Positions 11,040 to 22,187 are shown, numbered from the stretch's first letter. The stretch is 64,000 nt of DNA from Candidatus Peregrinibacteria bacterium (GCA_018648865.1 JABGQH010000009.1:12917-76916), one strand, 5' to 3'. Notes: generated by a model from the sequence alone, not told the origin. A program made the numbers and translations.

Positions 11040-11213
11040 ATTCTGGGAAAGTGTATGAAAAGATTATCCGATATACAAGTAAAAAGACGTTTGTATATTC
11101 TTTATATATAAATATATACAATTCTAGTAGCATAATGAACTTCATATTAATTATTGAATATGGAAATTATAAATAAAATCGCTACACTGTTTGCACCCTC
11201 CCCTCGATTATTA

Positions 11214-12059
11214 ATGAACGTTAGGTGTCTGCTACTTGTTGCGGCATTACTTCCTGTGCATGCATTAGCATCTGGATTTGACTATCTGTTAGGAGATGCA
11301 GAAAAGTTTGCAGATGATTTGAAATGGCAGATTAATGCAGAAGTATTGATGATAGAAGATGCTGAATATCAAAATTCTATGGAATTATTTATTCCAGTTG
11401 ATGATGACAAATTAATTAATGAAGGTGTAAAGGACGTAGTAATTGATTCATCAAAATTTGTTACCGTTCGTATAAATGGAATTCCTGTAACATTCACAGA
11501 TGTTCCGAGTGGTACTTGGTTCTCGTCTTTTGTAAGGCAAGCTGCCGAAACAGGAATAGTATCTGGATACAAGGATTTAAGTGGGCGAATACTTGGTGTA
11601 TTTGGTCCTACCGACAATGTAACGATAGAACAACTCGCAAAGATAGCGTTAGAAGCATCTGGTCATTACATTCCAGATTGCGCGGGTACACCTATAAACG
11701 AATCTGGAGCAGGTTCTTGGTCAGAGGATTATATTTCTTGTACAGAGAATCTTGAATGGTCAGTATTTAGTGATGGATCAGTAGATGTTAAAAGGCCAGC
11801 AACAAGATCAGAGGTAATAATTACTTTAATCCAATCATTTGATGTTTCGTTTAGCAGGGGAACAGGTGAAGTGTTTGATGATGTTACGTCTACTACTCAA
11901 TTTAGTGGTGCAATAGAGAGAGCAGAAGAAGATGGCATTGTTTCTGGGTACGCAGATGAAAACGGTGATCCAACAGGATTGTTTGGACCATATGAAACTG
12001 TAAATAGGGCAGAAATTGCAAAAATGATCACCTTAGCTCAAAGCGTATATAGCAATTAG
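11214..12059 (+). CDS. S-layer homology (SLH) domain protein (probable start ATG 11214; ORF track starts 11154)
   Basis: FTDVPSGTWF...GIVSGY...FGPTDNVT and FDDV...GIVSGY...FGPYETVNRAE SLH repeats; signal peptide from MNVRCLLL. Confidence 0.85.
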   Translation: MNVRCLLLVAALLPVHALASGFDYLLGDAEKFADDLKWQINAEVLMIEDAEYQNSMELFIPVDDDKLINEGVKDVVIDSSKFVTVRINGIPVTFTDVPSGTWFSSFVRQAAETGIVSGYKDLSGRILGVFGPTDNVTIEQLAKIALEASGHYIPDCAGTPINESGAGSWSEDYISCTENLEWSVFSDGSVDVKRPATRSEVIITLIQSFDVSFSRGTGEVFDDVTSTTQFSGAIERAEEDGIVSGYADENGDPTGLFGPYETVNRAEIAKMITLAQSVYSN

Positions 12060-12061
12060 TA

Positions 12062-13075
12062 CTATATTTGATTCCTGTGATGCTGAATCATGTGGTGCTC
12101 TTGTACTTTTTCTGATGAGTGGACACCAACTTTATGTGTTAGCAGTACTCCTAGTACAATTGTTGATCCTCCAATAATTTGATACATGTGTATTTGCTCA
12201 CCTAGATATATGGCAGCAAAAATTATTCCACCAACTATAGAAAGTGTCCCCATCATAGATACTGTTCTTACTTTTAGATGATCTATTGCTTGATGGAAGC
12301 CATATGTGCCTAAGAATTTAGCGATAAATCCGTAGCCTATTAAAGCTATTAGAATTTCTTTGTTAATGTTTGAAAACTCATTTCCCATATTAAATGTAAT
12401 AAATGGTGAAACTAAGAAAAAAGTAAGCGCAGCCATAGATGCCCTACCTGCAATAATTAATTCTGGTGGGACTTCGTGTAGAGATTTTTTTATGATAATA
12501 CTTCCTAGTGCATATACTAATGCAGACGAAACAATTAACATATCTCCTGTTGCAATGTTCACAGTTTCTGTGAATCCTCTAAGTGCCACATAAGTTATTC
12601 CAAATAAAATTACGGATAATGAAAATACATGTTGCTTTGTAAACTTTTCATGAATAACTATTACACCAAGTAAAATCATAAATAGCATTTCTGTTCTACT
12701 AAATAATTCTGCATTAACAGCAGAAGTACTGCTTAGCCCAATAAACCATAGTAGTGGTGCAATTACACCATTCAACAAGGAGCTAAATATAAACAGCTTC
12801 TTCTTATTCTTTTTTACCTTTCTCCATTTTCTTATTATTGGAATCGCACCAAACCAAATTGCCACAAATATTCCTCCTAAAAATTCGCTTAGGAATAATA
12901 ATGAAACAGGAGAAAATGCAGTTGTAAGCTTTTTACCGAAGGAAGGATATGTAGAACCAGCTACAATTAGTAATACAACACCTATCCAACCTAATAATTT
13001 AGATTTAGAGTTAGCATCGCTCTTGAATAAAGCAATAGGTTGAAAGTCGATGTCAAAAACTTGTGTTAATTTGAT
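12062..13075 (-). CDS. EamA/DMT transporter; frame extends 70 codons upstream of GTG 12865 to a candidate ATC start at 13075
   Basis: EamA repeats (GLSSTSAVNAELF, IYLGEQI); upstream frame open and encodes further TM helices; His-rich C-terminus. Confidence 0.8.
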   Translation of the reverse strand: MKLTQVFDIDFQPIALFKSDANSKSKLLGWIGVVLLIVAGSTYPSFGKKLTTAFSPVSLLFLSEFLGGIFVAIWFGAIPIIRKWRKVKKNKKKLFIFSSLLNGVIAPLLWFIGLSSTSAVNAELFSRTEMLFMILLGVIVIHEKFTKQHVFSLSVILFGITYVALRGFTETVNIATGDMLIVSSALVYALGSIIIKKSLHEVPPELIIAGRASMAALTFFLVSPFITFNMGNEFSNINKEILIALIGYGFIAKFLGTYGFHQAIDHLKVRTVSMMGTLSIVGGIIFAAIYLGEQIHMYQIIGGSTIVLGVLLTHKVGVHSSEKVQEHHMIQHHRNQI

Positions 13076-13298
13076 AGTGTTATTATAACATAAATAGAGA
13101 GTATTGGGAATACTCTAATACCTACAAATAAAGGTTATATTAACAACTACGATGCATAAGAAAAGGTCCTTCGATTCAGCGCTCTGCGCTTCACTCAGTT
13201 TTCAACAAGTTCAAACTAAAGGATCATTCGAATCTTTATGAAAAGAATGGTTTACCATGAGAGAGGAGTTGTTGCACTAGCAACAATGACTAATCGAA

Positions 13299-13386
<88 letters not shown>

Positions 13387-13481
13387 ATATACGAATATTT
13401 CAGAGATCGATTAATAGTTAATCTAACTCAATTGTAGAAAGAACATTTTGATTTGTACAGAAACAATAGATGTTCTTCTAT

Positions 13482-14744
13482 TTAGATAGGTAGTGATTCA
13501 ACATCTAAAGATGGCAATTCTCTTTCTGCTTTAACGCCTATATCCATAGGTAGGCTAGTTATTGGGTCAACTTCCTGAGAAGTAATTATTAGTCTTCGTA
13601 ATGTTGTTCCAATTGGAGTACATGTCATTAAAGTCCCAATTCGTTTATTAATTGGTTGGTCTAGCACATTTACATTTGTTGGCTTAACCTCTTTTTTCTC
13701 TTGAACAATGTACCTGTGTTTATCTCCACCATAATAAATCCAATATTCATCACCTGGTTCTAGTTGATGCAAGCCAGCAAAAACTGATTTATATGCCCCT
13801 GGTGCCCATGGGTAATACGAACTGTGCCCTGTTATGAAAAAGTTACCAGCTTGCCCAGGTCTAGCTGTTCCGGGGTAATGAACAACTCCGAGCTGCAATG
13901 CATCTTGAATGTCTTCCTCTAGCTCATCCCATTCTTCATTTAGCAGCGATTGATAAGAAGGCGTAATTAGAGGGACATTTAAATGCAACTTTGGAATAAT
14001 AATTCTATTTGTTGGTGGCCCAACTTGTGGCAAGAAGCTGAGCATATTCCCATTGCTGTCACCAGATACAGCAAGAGAAGGACTCCTGAGTAGTTTCTGC
14101 TTCATTGTGTCGTCAACACCAGTCAGCAAAGATGATTCCTGAATCTTTTGAATTGGATTTAGATTAGATTTGGTTATCTTCCAGAAACTTTGGAAATTTA
14201 AAGTTATAAACAAAAGCAGGAATAATCCTGCAAAAGTTCCACCGAATCTAACAGTATCAATTAGGAATAATGTGAGTCTGTTATATTGTTTCATTTCATT
14301 TTTTTTCTTTTGCACTACCCAAACTGGTTGAGTTAAAAAGTTCCAAATTGGTTTTTTTATAGACTTTGAATTCTTGGCAACATTTATACATTCGCTCTTG
14401 CATGTTTTTAAACAAGAGCTGTATTGATTTGTGCCTTCTGAAAATACTGAATTTATAGTGTTAAATATTTTCTTACGTGCTGATATAAAAATATGGTGAT
14501 CCTTGGATACAGAAAATGATTTCTCCAAAGAAGGTGAAATCTCATCTTCAAATGGAACATTATGTCCATGTTGTTTTCTGGAGACTCTAATACTCTGATC
14601 TTCTAAATTTGAAATTGGAGTTGAGTCTTCTTCTGTAACTGTCCATGAATTATTCTGATTAATATCATTATCAGCATCTGGAAGACGTATATTTCCATCT
14701 TCATCATATTCAGCCTCGTGATCGTGGTTATGCGCAGAAATCAA
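13482..14744 (-). CDS. Sortase (class D/E-like) with long N-terminal extension and TM anchor
   Basis: GNFFITGHSS and TLMTCTPIGTTLRR catalytic His/Cys/Arg; start uncertain. Confidence 0.85.
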   Translation of the reverse strand: MISAHNHDHEAEYDEDGNIRLPDADNDINQNNSWTVTEEDSTPISNLEDQSIRVSRKQHGHNVPFEDEISPSLEKSFSVSKDHHIFISARKKIFNTINSVFSEGTNQYSSCLKTCKSECINVAKNSKSIKKPIWNFLTQPVWVVQKKKNEMKQYNRLTLFLIDTVRFGGTFAGLFLLLFITLNFQSFWKITKSNLNPIQKIQESSLLTGVDDTMKQKLLRSPSLAVSGDSNGNMLSFLPQVGPPTNRIIIPKLHLNVPLITPSYQSLLNEEWDELEEDIQDALQLGVVHYPGTARPGQAGNFFITGHSSYYPWAPGAYKSVFAGLHQLEPGDEYWIYYGGDKHRYIVQEKKEVKPTNVNVLDQPINKRIGTLMTCTPIGTTLRRLIITSQEVDPITSLPMDIGVKAERELPSLDVESLPI

Positions 14745-14850
14745 TTTATTATACCTGAAAATGTCTTAAATTGCACGGTGTGACATGCATGTCATTCTAG
14801 CAAATAAACAATGAGTCAAGCAGTGTTTTTATCAGATTTAAGGGCTATTC

Positions 14851-15927
14851 TCAAATTGAGTCAGTGCGCAAAATTATTCCCCCGCCCAAAACTTCGTCTT
14901 CTAGATAAAACACAATAGATTGGCCGTCTGCAATCCCACGAATTGGCTGATCAAAAGTGAATTTTGGATATTTGTTATCAAATTCAAGAGTTCCTGACTT
15001 ACATTCTCCTAGTGAGTGGATTCTTGCAGATACCTTCTTGGTATCAAGAATATAGTCTGGATTGATCCATTTAAGATTTTGTATAAACAAAGATGAAGAA
15101 AAATCATCTTTGCTATCCGCAACTATAATTTTGTTATCTATAATATCCTTTCTTTTAACATATAAAGGGATTTTTAATCCTCCAATACCAAGTCCTTTAC
15201 GTTGCCCAATCGTATAGAATGGCAACCCTTTGTGCTCTCCAATTATTTCTCCATCTTCTGTACAGATATCACCAGATTTAATCCCTGTTAAATTTCTTTT
15301 TAGGAATTCATCTGGCCCATCTTCTGAATAAAAACAAATATCTTGGCTTTCCTTATATGTTTCAGGAATTGCTAGTTTAAGCGTTTTAGCAATTGAGAAC
15401 ACTTCTTTTTTAGTCTTACCTCCTAGCGGAAACAAGAGTGAGGAGAGAATTTCTTGTGTAAGTGTATACAGGTAATAGCTCTGGTCTTTCTTTGGGTCTT
15501 TTCCTTTTAATAAGTGGAATATTCCATCTTTATTTTCACTAACCTGAACATAGTGTCCAGTCGCCATCTTGTCACAGCCAAGCTCTTTTGCTTTTTTGAA
15601 TAATGCTCCAAATTTTATATATCTATTACACTCAATGCATGGGTTTGGCGTCGAACCAGTTTCATAGCTTTTTAAAAATGGCTTAACAACATGCTTAATA
15701 AACTCTTCTTCAATGGTAATTAAATGAAATGGAATGTTTAGGTTGTCGCATATCAATTTTGCACTTTCAGCTTGTTCTGGCGAATAACAAGTATTAGCTG
15801 AGCTATTAGATGGAGAATCTTTCCAAAGTTTCATCATTACACCTATTAGTTCATGCCCCTGTTTATGTAGAAGATGAGCTACTGTACTTGAATCTACGCC
15901 GCCAGACATTGCTACAAGGATTTTCAT
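14851..15927 (-). CDS. mnmA: tRNA 2-thiouridylase MnmA (probable start ATG 15927)
   Basis: VAMSGGVDSS, TPNPCIECNRYIKF, ATGHY, KDQSYYL, YTIGQRKGLG. Confidence 0.96.
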   Translation of the reverse strand: MKILVAMSGGVDSSTVAHLLHKQGHELIGVMMKLWKDSPSNSSANTCYSPEQAESAKLICDNLNIPFHLITIEEEFIKHVVKPFLKSYETGSTPNPCIECNRYIKFGALFKKAKELGCDKMATGHYVQVSENKDGIFHLLKGKDPKKDQSYYLYTLTQEILSSLLFPLGGKTKKEVFSIAKTLKLAIPETYKESQDICFYSEDGPDEFLKRNLTGIKSGDICTEDGEIIGEHKGLPFYTIGQRKGLGIGGLKIPLYVKRKDIIDNKIIVADSKDDFSSSLFIQNLKWINPDYILDTKKVSARIHSLGECKSGTLEFDNKYPKFTFDQPIRGIADGQSIVFYLEDEVLGGGIILRTDSI

Positions 15928-15982
15928 GCGTACCATGCTATATTCTTTCTTACGCTTCTGCTAAAGTTTTACAGAATTTAGC

Positions 15983-17062
15983 ATGATAAAAAAATTAAAA
16001 GCATTGGCGGAAGAATACGCAGATCTTCAAATGAAAATCCAAGAACCAGAGGTTTTAACTGATCCTAAAAAAATTGCGACTATTGGTAGAAGGTTATCTC
16101 AATTAGAGCCAGGTCTAGAGCTTTTGCGCGAGTATGAAGGCTGCAAGAAAGCAATTGATTTTGTAGAGGAGGCTAAAGGAGATCCAGAACTATTGGAAAT
16201 GGCTCAGGAGGAAGCAGAAACGGCAAAGGCTAGGATAGATGTATTAAATGAAGAGATTCAATTATTCCTTTTGCCGAAGGATCCAAATGACATGAGACCA
16301 GTAATTTTAGAAGTTCGCGCTGGCACAGGAGGAGAAGAAGCAGCTCTATTCGCAGCAGAATTACTCAGAATGTATTTACGATATGCAGAAGAGAATGGAT
16401 GGTCTACTGAATTACTTAGTAAGGCAGACGCAGACGCAGGTGGGATTAAAGAGGCAGTTTGTAGAATAGCTAGCTCCAAATCGTCAGATATTGGTGTATA
16501 TGGTGAATTAAAGTTTGAATCTGGTGTCCATAGAGTTCAGAGGATTCCAGAGACTGAAAGTAAAGGGCGTGTACACACTTCAGCTGCATCTGTTGCAATA
16601 CTGCCAGAAGCAGAGGAAGTTGATGTTAAACTAAACAATGAAGAAATGCGTGTTGATGTCTTTAGGTCTAGTGGTCCTGGTGGTCAGTCTGTAAACACAA
16701 CTGACTCTGCAATTAGAATAACTCACATACCAACAGGGCTTGTAGTAACGTGCCAAGATGAAAAGAGTCAACTAAAGAACAAGAACAAAGCAATGAACAT
16801 TTTGCGTTCTAGACTCTATGCCTTAGAGCAGGAAAGACTTTCTAAAGAAAGAGGGGATATGAGATCAGGACAAATTGGAAAAGGTGACAGGAGCGAGAAG
16901 ATTAGGACTTATAATTTCCCTCAAGATAGAATTACAGATCATAGGTTGAATCAGAACTTTAGTAATATGTCTAAAACTTTAGAGGGGGGGATTGGTGAAA
17001 TCATTACAGCACTAAGAGAAAAAGACGTAGAAGATAAACTTATAGAGATGAGTAAAAAATAA
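15983..17062 (+). CDS. prfA: Peptide chain release factor 1
   Basis: GGQ motif (GPGGQSVN), PET tripeptide (RIPETE), RTYNFPQDR. Confidence 0.97.
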   Translation: MIKKLKALAEEYADLQMKIQEPEVLTDPKKIATIGRRLSQLEPGLELLREYEGCKKAIDFVEEAKGDPELLEMAQEEAETAKARIDVLNEEIQLFLLPKDPNDMRPVILEVRAGTGGEEAALFAAELLRMYLRYAEENGWSTELLSKADADAGGIKEAVCRIASSKSSDIGVYGELKFESGVHRVQRIPETESKGRVHTSAASVAILPEAEEVDVKLNNEEMRVDVFRSSGPGGQSVNTTDSAIRITHIPTGLVVTCQDEKSQLKNKNKAMNILRSRLYALEQERLSKERGDMRSGQIGKGDRSEKIRTYNFPQDRITDHRLNQNFSNMSKTLEGGIGEIITALREKDVEDKLIEMSKK

Positions 17063-17264
17063 GTTCATACTATCCCCCTTTTAATAGGGCTGAATCAGAA
17101 TCAGCGATAGATTATATTTGTGATAGTTATTATTTTGATAATATTGATTGACAGACTTAAGTCTACTTTTTCTCATTTAAACATATGAATATTCTTATTT
17201 GAATGCAAAGAAGAAGGATATTATTAAACAGACATCTAGAAGCATAAATATGAATAGCAAAGGT

Positions 17265-18590
17265 TTATGAAAACAGATGTTTTACTGTGTTAACACGCTG
17301 TTGCATTAACTCTTTTGTTCCTATGTCATCTCTAAAGCGCACAGGGCCTTTTACTTGCTCACAGAGCCCCTGAGCAATTGCTTGAGCTTCTTCTATAGTA
17401 TCCCCAATTCCAACTATTCCAGCTGTCCTAGAGCCTCCCAGTATCAAATTTCCATTACTGTCTTCTGTTAAATCGCCATAGAAAAGTTCTGCGTTTTCAG
17501 GCATTTCGGGGAACTCTATTTGCTGTCCTTTCTGATCCTTATTATTTGGGTATCCTTCTGGGGTAATGTATTTACAAACAGTTGCTTTTTCATGGAAGGA
17601 AACTAAATCATCTGTAAGGGAATTAGTTAATATTGCCTGACAAATATCTACAAAGTCTGTTTTAAGTAGCGGCAGGATGTTAAGTGCTTCGGGATCACCG
17701 AATCTTGCATTGTATTCAATTAGCTTTACTCCTTCCCTTGTAATTATAAAACCACCATACAAAATTCCTTTATAAGGTACTCCACATTGTTCTTGCAGAG
17801 CAGCAGCCACTTGCCTGTTGATTTCTTTTGCTCTATCTAGATGTCTTTGCTCTATAAATGGAAGGCTATGATTAGCATCACTTACTGTACCCATTCCTCC
17901 TGTGTTAGGACCTGTGTCTCCGTTGTATGCACGTTTGTGATCCTGAACAGCTGGGGTGTCTACAACCAGCGTTCCACTGGTAAAACTTATTAGACTAAAT
18001 TCAACACCGTTAAGCTTTTCCTCTATTACTGTTTGTCCACACTCTTCTATACATTCGATTGCGTACTTAACCCCTTCTTCTGTTGAGTTTAGATGTTCTC
18101 CACTTATTTTAACTCCTTTACCTCCTCTTAATCCGTCGTACTTTACTACGAATTCACCAGATAAATCTTGTTCAATATATTTACTCAGGAGTTCGGGATC
18201 AGCCCTATCGAAAGACATAAACTTGGGTGATGCATTTATGCCATATTGCTCTAATAAATTCCTTGTAAATGCTTTGCTGGTTTCTACTCGTGCAAGTGAC
18301 TTAGTAGGTGCCACAGATGGAATGCCAATAGAATCAAGAGCATCGGCCATTCCAGCACCTATTGGATCATCGGGTCCAATAAACGCAAAGTCAATATCGT
18401 GTTTTTTGGCTATATCTAGGGCTGAATCGAAATCCATTAAATCAGAAACATATTCTTGTTTAGCGATCTTCTTAATCCCAGGATTAGATCTTGGGCTAAT
18501 AGATATTATATCCGGATTGTGTGAACTTTTACTTAGCGACTCTGCAATTGCATGGCCTCTAGCCGAGGAAGTTAGTAACAATATTTGCAT
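17265..18590 (-). CDS. purD: Phosphoribosylamine-glycine ligase
   Basis: QDHKRAYNGDTGPNTGGMG, EYNARFGDPE. Confidence 0.95.
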   Translation of the reverse strand: MQILLLTSSARGHAIAESLSKSSHNPDIISISPRSNPGIKKIAKQEYVSDLMDFDSALDIAKKHDIDFAFIGPDDPIGAGMADALDSIGIPSVAPTKSLARVETSKAFTRNLLEQYGINASPKFMSFDRADPELLSKYIEQDLSGEFVVKYDGLRGGKGVKISGEHLNSTEEGVKYAIECIEECGQTVIEEKLNGVEFSLISFTSGTLVVDTPAVQDHKRAYNGDTGPNTGGMGTVSDANHSLPFIEQRHLDRAKEINRQVAAALQEQCGVPYKGILYGGFIITREGVKLIEYNARFGDPEALNILPLLKTDFVDICQAILTNSLTDDLVSFHEKATVCKYITPEGYPNNKDQKGQQIEFPEMPENAELFYGDLTEDSNGNLILGGSRTAGIVGIGDTIEEAQAIAQGLCEQVKGPVRFRDDIGTKELMQQRVNTVKHLFS

Positions 18591-18634
18591 ATATAATATG
18601 TAAAATAATTAATAAATATTCTTAAAAACTTAAT

Positions 18635-20149
18635 TTAAACCAAGCTCATATTTCTGTAATTTTCTCCTTCCTCGTCTGTGCCTTCACTTAGGTAGGATGT
18701 TCTTGTTCTATTTCGATCATTTCCTAATTCCTCTAGCATTTCAGAAGTAATTTCTGGTGTTGGATATTTTTTAGTAAAACATCCATCACTAAATTTATTG
18801 ATATCATTATTTCCTATTTGAATTGCCTCTCTAATATTTTCGATTGTGTTATAAAATAGTCCATCTGCGCCGATAAATTTACGTATTTCTTCTATAGAAG
18901 AATTGGCAGCAATTAACTCGCTTGTAGTAGGCAAATCAATTCCATATGGATCTGGTGAAACAATTTGGGGGGATGCAGATGCGAAATAGACGTTCTTAGC
19001 ACCTGCATTTCTAGCTATTTCAACGATCTTTTTGCTCGTATTACCTCTTACAATAGAATCATCAACTATTAAAACTGAGTTATTCTTAAATTCCAAATCG
19101 ATTGGATGCAGCTTAAATTGAAGGCTTCGCTTTCTGACCTGTTGGCCAGGCATAATAAATGTTCTTCCTATATATCTATTTTTTACAAAGCCTTCCCTGT
19201 ATCTAACTTTCAATTTATCCGCGAGTCCAGTAGCCATTGGTCTACCTGTATCTGGTACTGGAATTACTGAATCTATCTGTATTCCAGATTCAATAATCTG
19301 ATCTGCTAGGGCTTCTCCCATTCTTATTCTAGATTTGTATACACTTACACCATCTAGCATAGAATCTGGAGCAGCTAGATATACCCATTCAAATATACAT
19401 GGGCTGAATCTATCTGCACTTACTATCTGCTTTGTATGTAAATTATTTTTTCTATCTATAAATACTGCTTCTCCTGGTTGTATATCTTTAACAAACTCAA
19501 AGTCTAAAGCTTTAAATGCAGTGTTTTCAGATGCTATTATATATTCTTTCTTCATTCCAAACTTTCTTACACCTAGCTGAAGTGGTCTGATTCCATGGGG
19601 GTCTCTAAATCCAACTATTCCTTGCTCACCAACTAGAGCAACTGCAGAGTATGCTCCTTTGCATTTACTAAACACCTCATTTACAGCCCCAAAAACATTA
19701 TCCGCCGTTAAGGTTTTAGTTGGTTTCTGATTTCTTAATGCAACAGAGAATACATTTAGTAAGACTTCTGAGTCAGATGTAGTATTTAGATGTCTGTAGT
19801 CTTTATCTCTGAGCTCAATTGCAAGCTCTTTTGAATTTGTTAAATTTCCATTATGAGCAAGTGCGATTCCGTAAGGTGTATTTACAAAAAATGGTTGTGC
19901 TTCAAATTCACTACAACAACCAGCTGTTGGATACCTAACGTGGCCTATTCCCATTCTTCCTTTTAATCTAGCAAGCGACCTAGAGTGAAAAACATCTCTA
20001 ACCATTCCATTACTTTTCTTTAAATGGAATTGCTCATCATAAGTTACTATTCCCGCGGCATCTTGTCCTCTGTGTTGTAGCAGTATCAGACCGTCGTATA
20101 AGTCTTGAATTACATCTCTAAAACCTGACACAGCTATTACACCACACAT
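18635..20149 (-). CDS. purF: Amidophosphoribosyltransferase
   Basis: N-terminal MCG, LQHRGQDAAG, VDDSIVRGNT PRPP-binding loop. Confidence 0.97.
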   Translation of the reverse strand: MCGVIAVSGFRDVIQDLYDGLILLQHRGQDAAGIVTYDEQFHLKKSNGMVRDVFHSRSLARLKGRMGIGHVRYPTAGCCSEFEAQPFFVNTPYGIALAHNGNLTNSKELAIELRDKDYRHLNTTSDSEVLLNVFSVALRNQKPTKTLTADNVFGAVNEVFSKCKGAYSAVALVGEQGIVGFRDPHGIRPLQLGVRKFGMKKEYIIASENTAFKALDFEFVKDIQPGEAVFIDRKNNLHTKQIVSADRFSPCIFEWVYLAAPDSMLDGVSVYKSRIRMGEALADQIIESGIQIDSVIPVPDTGRPMATGLADKLKVRYREGFVKNRYIGRTFIMPGQQVRKRSLQFKLHPIDLEFKNNSVLIVDDSIVRGNTSKKIVEIARNAGAKNVYFASASPQIVSPDPYGIDLPTTSELIAANSSIEEIRKFIGADGLFYNTIENIREAIQIGNNDINKFSDGCFTKKYPTPEITSEMLEELGNDRNRTRTSYLSEGTDEEGENYRNMSLV

Positions 20150-20250
20150 AGATATGAGGAGAAAAATGAAAAGAACCGGCAGGTAGCACTGTACTCCATG
20201 TATGCATTCTACTGAGAAGATTTAGCAGAGCAAGAAAAAAGTATGTGCTA

Positions 20251-21102
20251 TTAACTTAACTCCAATTGTCTTTTCTTAGCTCGAACACAATTTCTAATTA
20301 GGCTAGCTACTGTCATTGGGCCAACACCACCTGGGACAGGTGAAATTGCATAGGCTTTCTCTTTAACTGCTTCGAAATCCACATCTCCGCATAGTCCGTT
20401 TTCTGTTTTCGTGATTCCAATATCAACGACAACAACTCCATCTTTTACCATATCTGCAGTGATTAGATTTGGTTTACCTACAGCTACGCAAAGTATGTCT
20501 GCATCTTTTGTATGATGCGCTAAATCCTTTGTATAAACATTACAGGTTGTAACAGTTGCATTCCTATTTAAGAACATAGTAGTTAGAGGCTTGCCAACAG
20601 TGTTACTGTGCCCAACTACAGTTACATTCTTTCCTTCGAAGGGTATGTCGTAGTGCTCAAGCAATGTAATTACACCAGATGGTGTTGCAGGCGGTAGATG
20701 TTCAAATTCTGTTGAGAGGAACATTTTTCCTATGTTATATGCAGAAAAACCATCTACATCTTTTTTAGGATCAATTTGCCTAATTATCTGTGGTACAAAT
20801 TCATTTAGATGTTTTGGGAGAGGTAACTGAACAATAAATCCAGTTACGTCATCATCATTATTTAAATCATTAATAATTGTCATTAGATCATCAAGATTAG
20901 TTTCTTCAGGAAGATGAAGATGCTGATGTCTCATTTTAACTGCGTCACAACTTTTGATTTTTTGTCTTATGTAACTAGAACTAGCTGGATCTTCGCCAAC
21001 TTGAACAACTACAAGTTTTGGGTCTAGATCGGCAACATCTTTTTGCAAGGATGTTAGGAGTTCTGCTGCCACTAATCTTCCGTCTAATAATAAAGCGCTC
21101 AT
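20251..21102 (-). CDS. folD: Bifunctional methylene-THF dehydrogenase/cyclohydrolase
   Basis: VQLPLP, KDVDGF, PVPGGVGPMTV. Confidence 0.96.
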   Translation of the reverse strand: MSALLLDGRLVAAELLTSLQKDVADLDPKLVVVQVGEDPASSSYIRQKIKSCDAVKMRHQHLHLPEETNLDDLMTIINDLNNDDDVTGFIVQLPLPKHLNEFVPQIIRQIDPKKDVDGFSAYNIGKMFLSTEFEHLPPATPSGVITLLEHYDIPFEGKNVTVVGHSNTVGKPLTTMFLNRNATVTTCNVYTKDLAHHTKDADILCVAVGKPNLITADMVKDGVVVVDIGITKTENGLCGDVDFEAVKEKAYAISPVPGGVGPMTVASLIRNCVRAKKRQLELS

Positions 21103-21122
21103 TTGATTATATTGTATAGTGC

Positions 21123-21725
21123 TTAATCCAATTCTGGAAATCTCTTCTTTACATGACTAATAATCATTTGTGATACTTCTTCTTTGCCTCCAGTAGTATC
21201 TACTGTAAATGTATTTTGATTATTAATATTAGAATACCCACTGTGTACACTTTCTTGAATAGTATTTGTTTCTAGAGGATCCTGATTTTCACGACGGTTA
21301 ATTCGCTCTAGGCACACAGAGAGTGGCGGTAATGCTATTAGGGTTAAATCTGGTACAGGAAAAATTGAATTAACCGATTTGAGCCAATCTCGGTTTAGCC
21401 CAAGAGTTGTCCCATAAATTATTGTAGATAACGTATATCGGTCAGAAATGACTATTTTACTCTGCTCTAAGGCAGGCAATACTATATTTTCAACATGATC
21501 TGATCTGTCAGCACAAAATAGTAATTGAAGTGTAGATGGCTCAATTTCCTTTCTATCTTTAAGCATAGTTCTAATCATACTTCCAATTGGCCTATCAGTT
21601 GGCTCTCTGGTCAAAACGACCTCTTTCCCAATACTTTCAAGATATTCAGATAATAAACGACTATGAAGAGTCGTTCCGCTGCCATCTGGACCTTCTAATA
21701 CTATAAATTTGCCTTTTTGTTGCAT
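21123..21725 (-). CDS. tmk: Thymidylate kinase
   Basis: FIVLEGPDGSGTT (P-loop Lys replaced by Thr), TREP, ISDRY. Confidence 0.9.
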   Translation of the reverse strand: MQQKGKFIVLEGPDGSGTTLHSRLLSEYLESIGKEVVLTREPTDRPIGSMIRTMLKDRKEIEPSTLQLLFCADRSDHVENIVLPALEQSKIVISDRYTLSTIIYGTTLGLNRDWLKSVNSIFPVPDLTLIALPPLSVCLERINRRENQDPLETNTIQESVHSGYSNINNQNTFTVDTTGGKEEVSQMIISHVKKRFPELD

Positions 21726-21788
21726 GTTCCAATAATAGGGAAATTCTGCTATAATTACAGGATAATATTCAAATTAAAGAAAAACTAA

Positions 21789-22187
21789 ATGATTCATGCG
21801 ATACTCTCATTCCCCGGCATATTATTGCTTTCGTTTCTGCCATGGTATTACGGAGAATATCCTGTAAGAATCTTTAGGCAGTATATAGCATATGCAAAAG
21901 CATTTCTGGAAATTATCTCAATCGTGTTTTTGATTAAGACTTTCTTGTCTCCTTGGAAAAGTATTGTGGATGAATATCCAAAAAATCTTACAAATATAGG
22001 AGAAATTGCACAGGTATTTACACTCAATTGTACAACTAGAATAATAGGAATGATTTTTAGAACAGTAGCTTTGTCTGTAGCAATTATTTTGCATGCAGCA
22101 TTGATTGTGCTGTTTACAGTTTATTTAGTTTTATGGCTTTCTTACCCAGGTATTTTAATTGTTTTAGCTTACCTTTCATTTTCATAA
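21789..22187 (+). CDS. Small membrane protein abutting the downstream Clp-like ATPase gene
   Basis: Hydrophobic 132-aa ORF (KTFLSPWK); stop directly abuts the next ATG. Confidence 0.75.
   Translation: MIHAILSFPGILLLSFLPWYYGEYPVRIFRQYIAYAKAFLEIISIVFLIKTFLSPWKSIVDEYPKNLTNIGEIAQVFTLNCTTRIIGMIFRTVALSVAIILHAALIVLFTVYLVLWLSYPGILIVLAYLSFS

Noticed and set aside
17956-18603. 215-aa plus-strand ORF and similar shadow ORFs inside carB, groEL, tkt and the array
   Set aside because: Antisense or out-of-frame shadows of well-supported genes with no recognisable motifs
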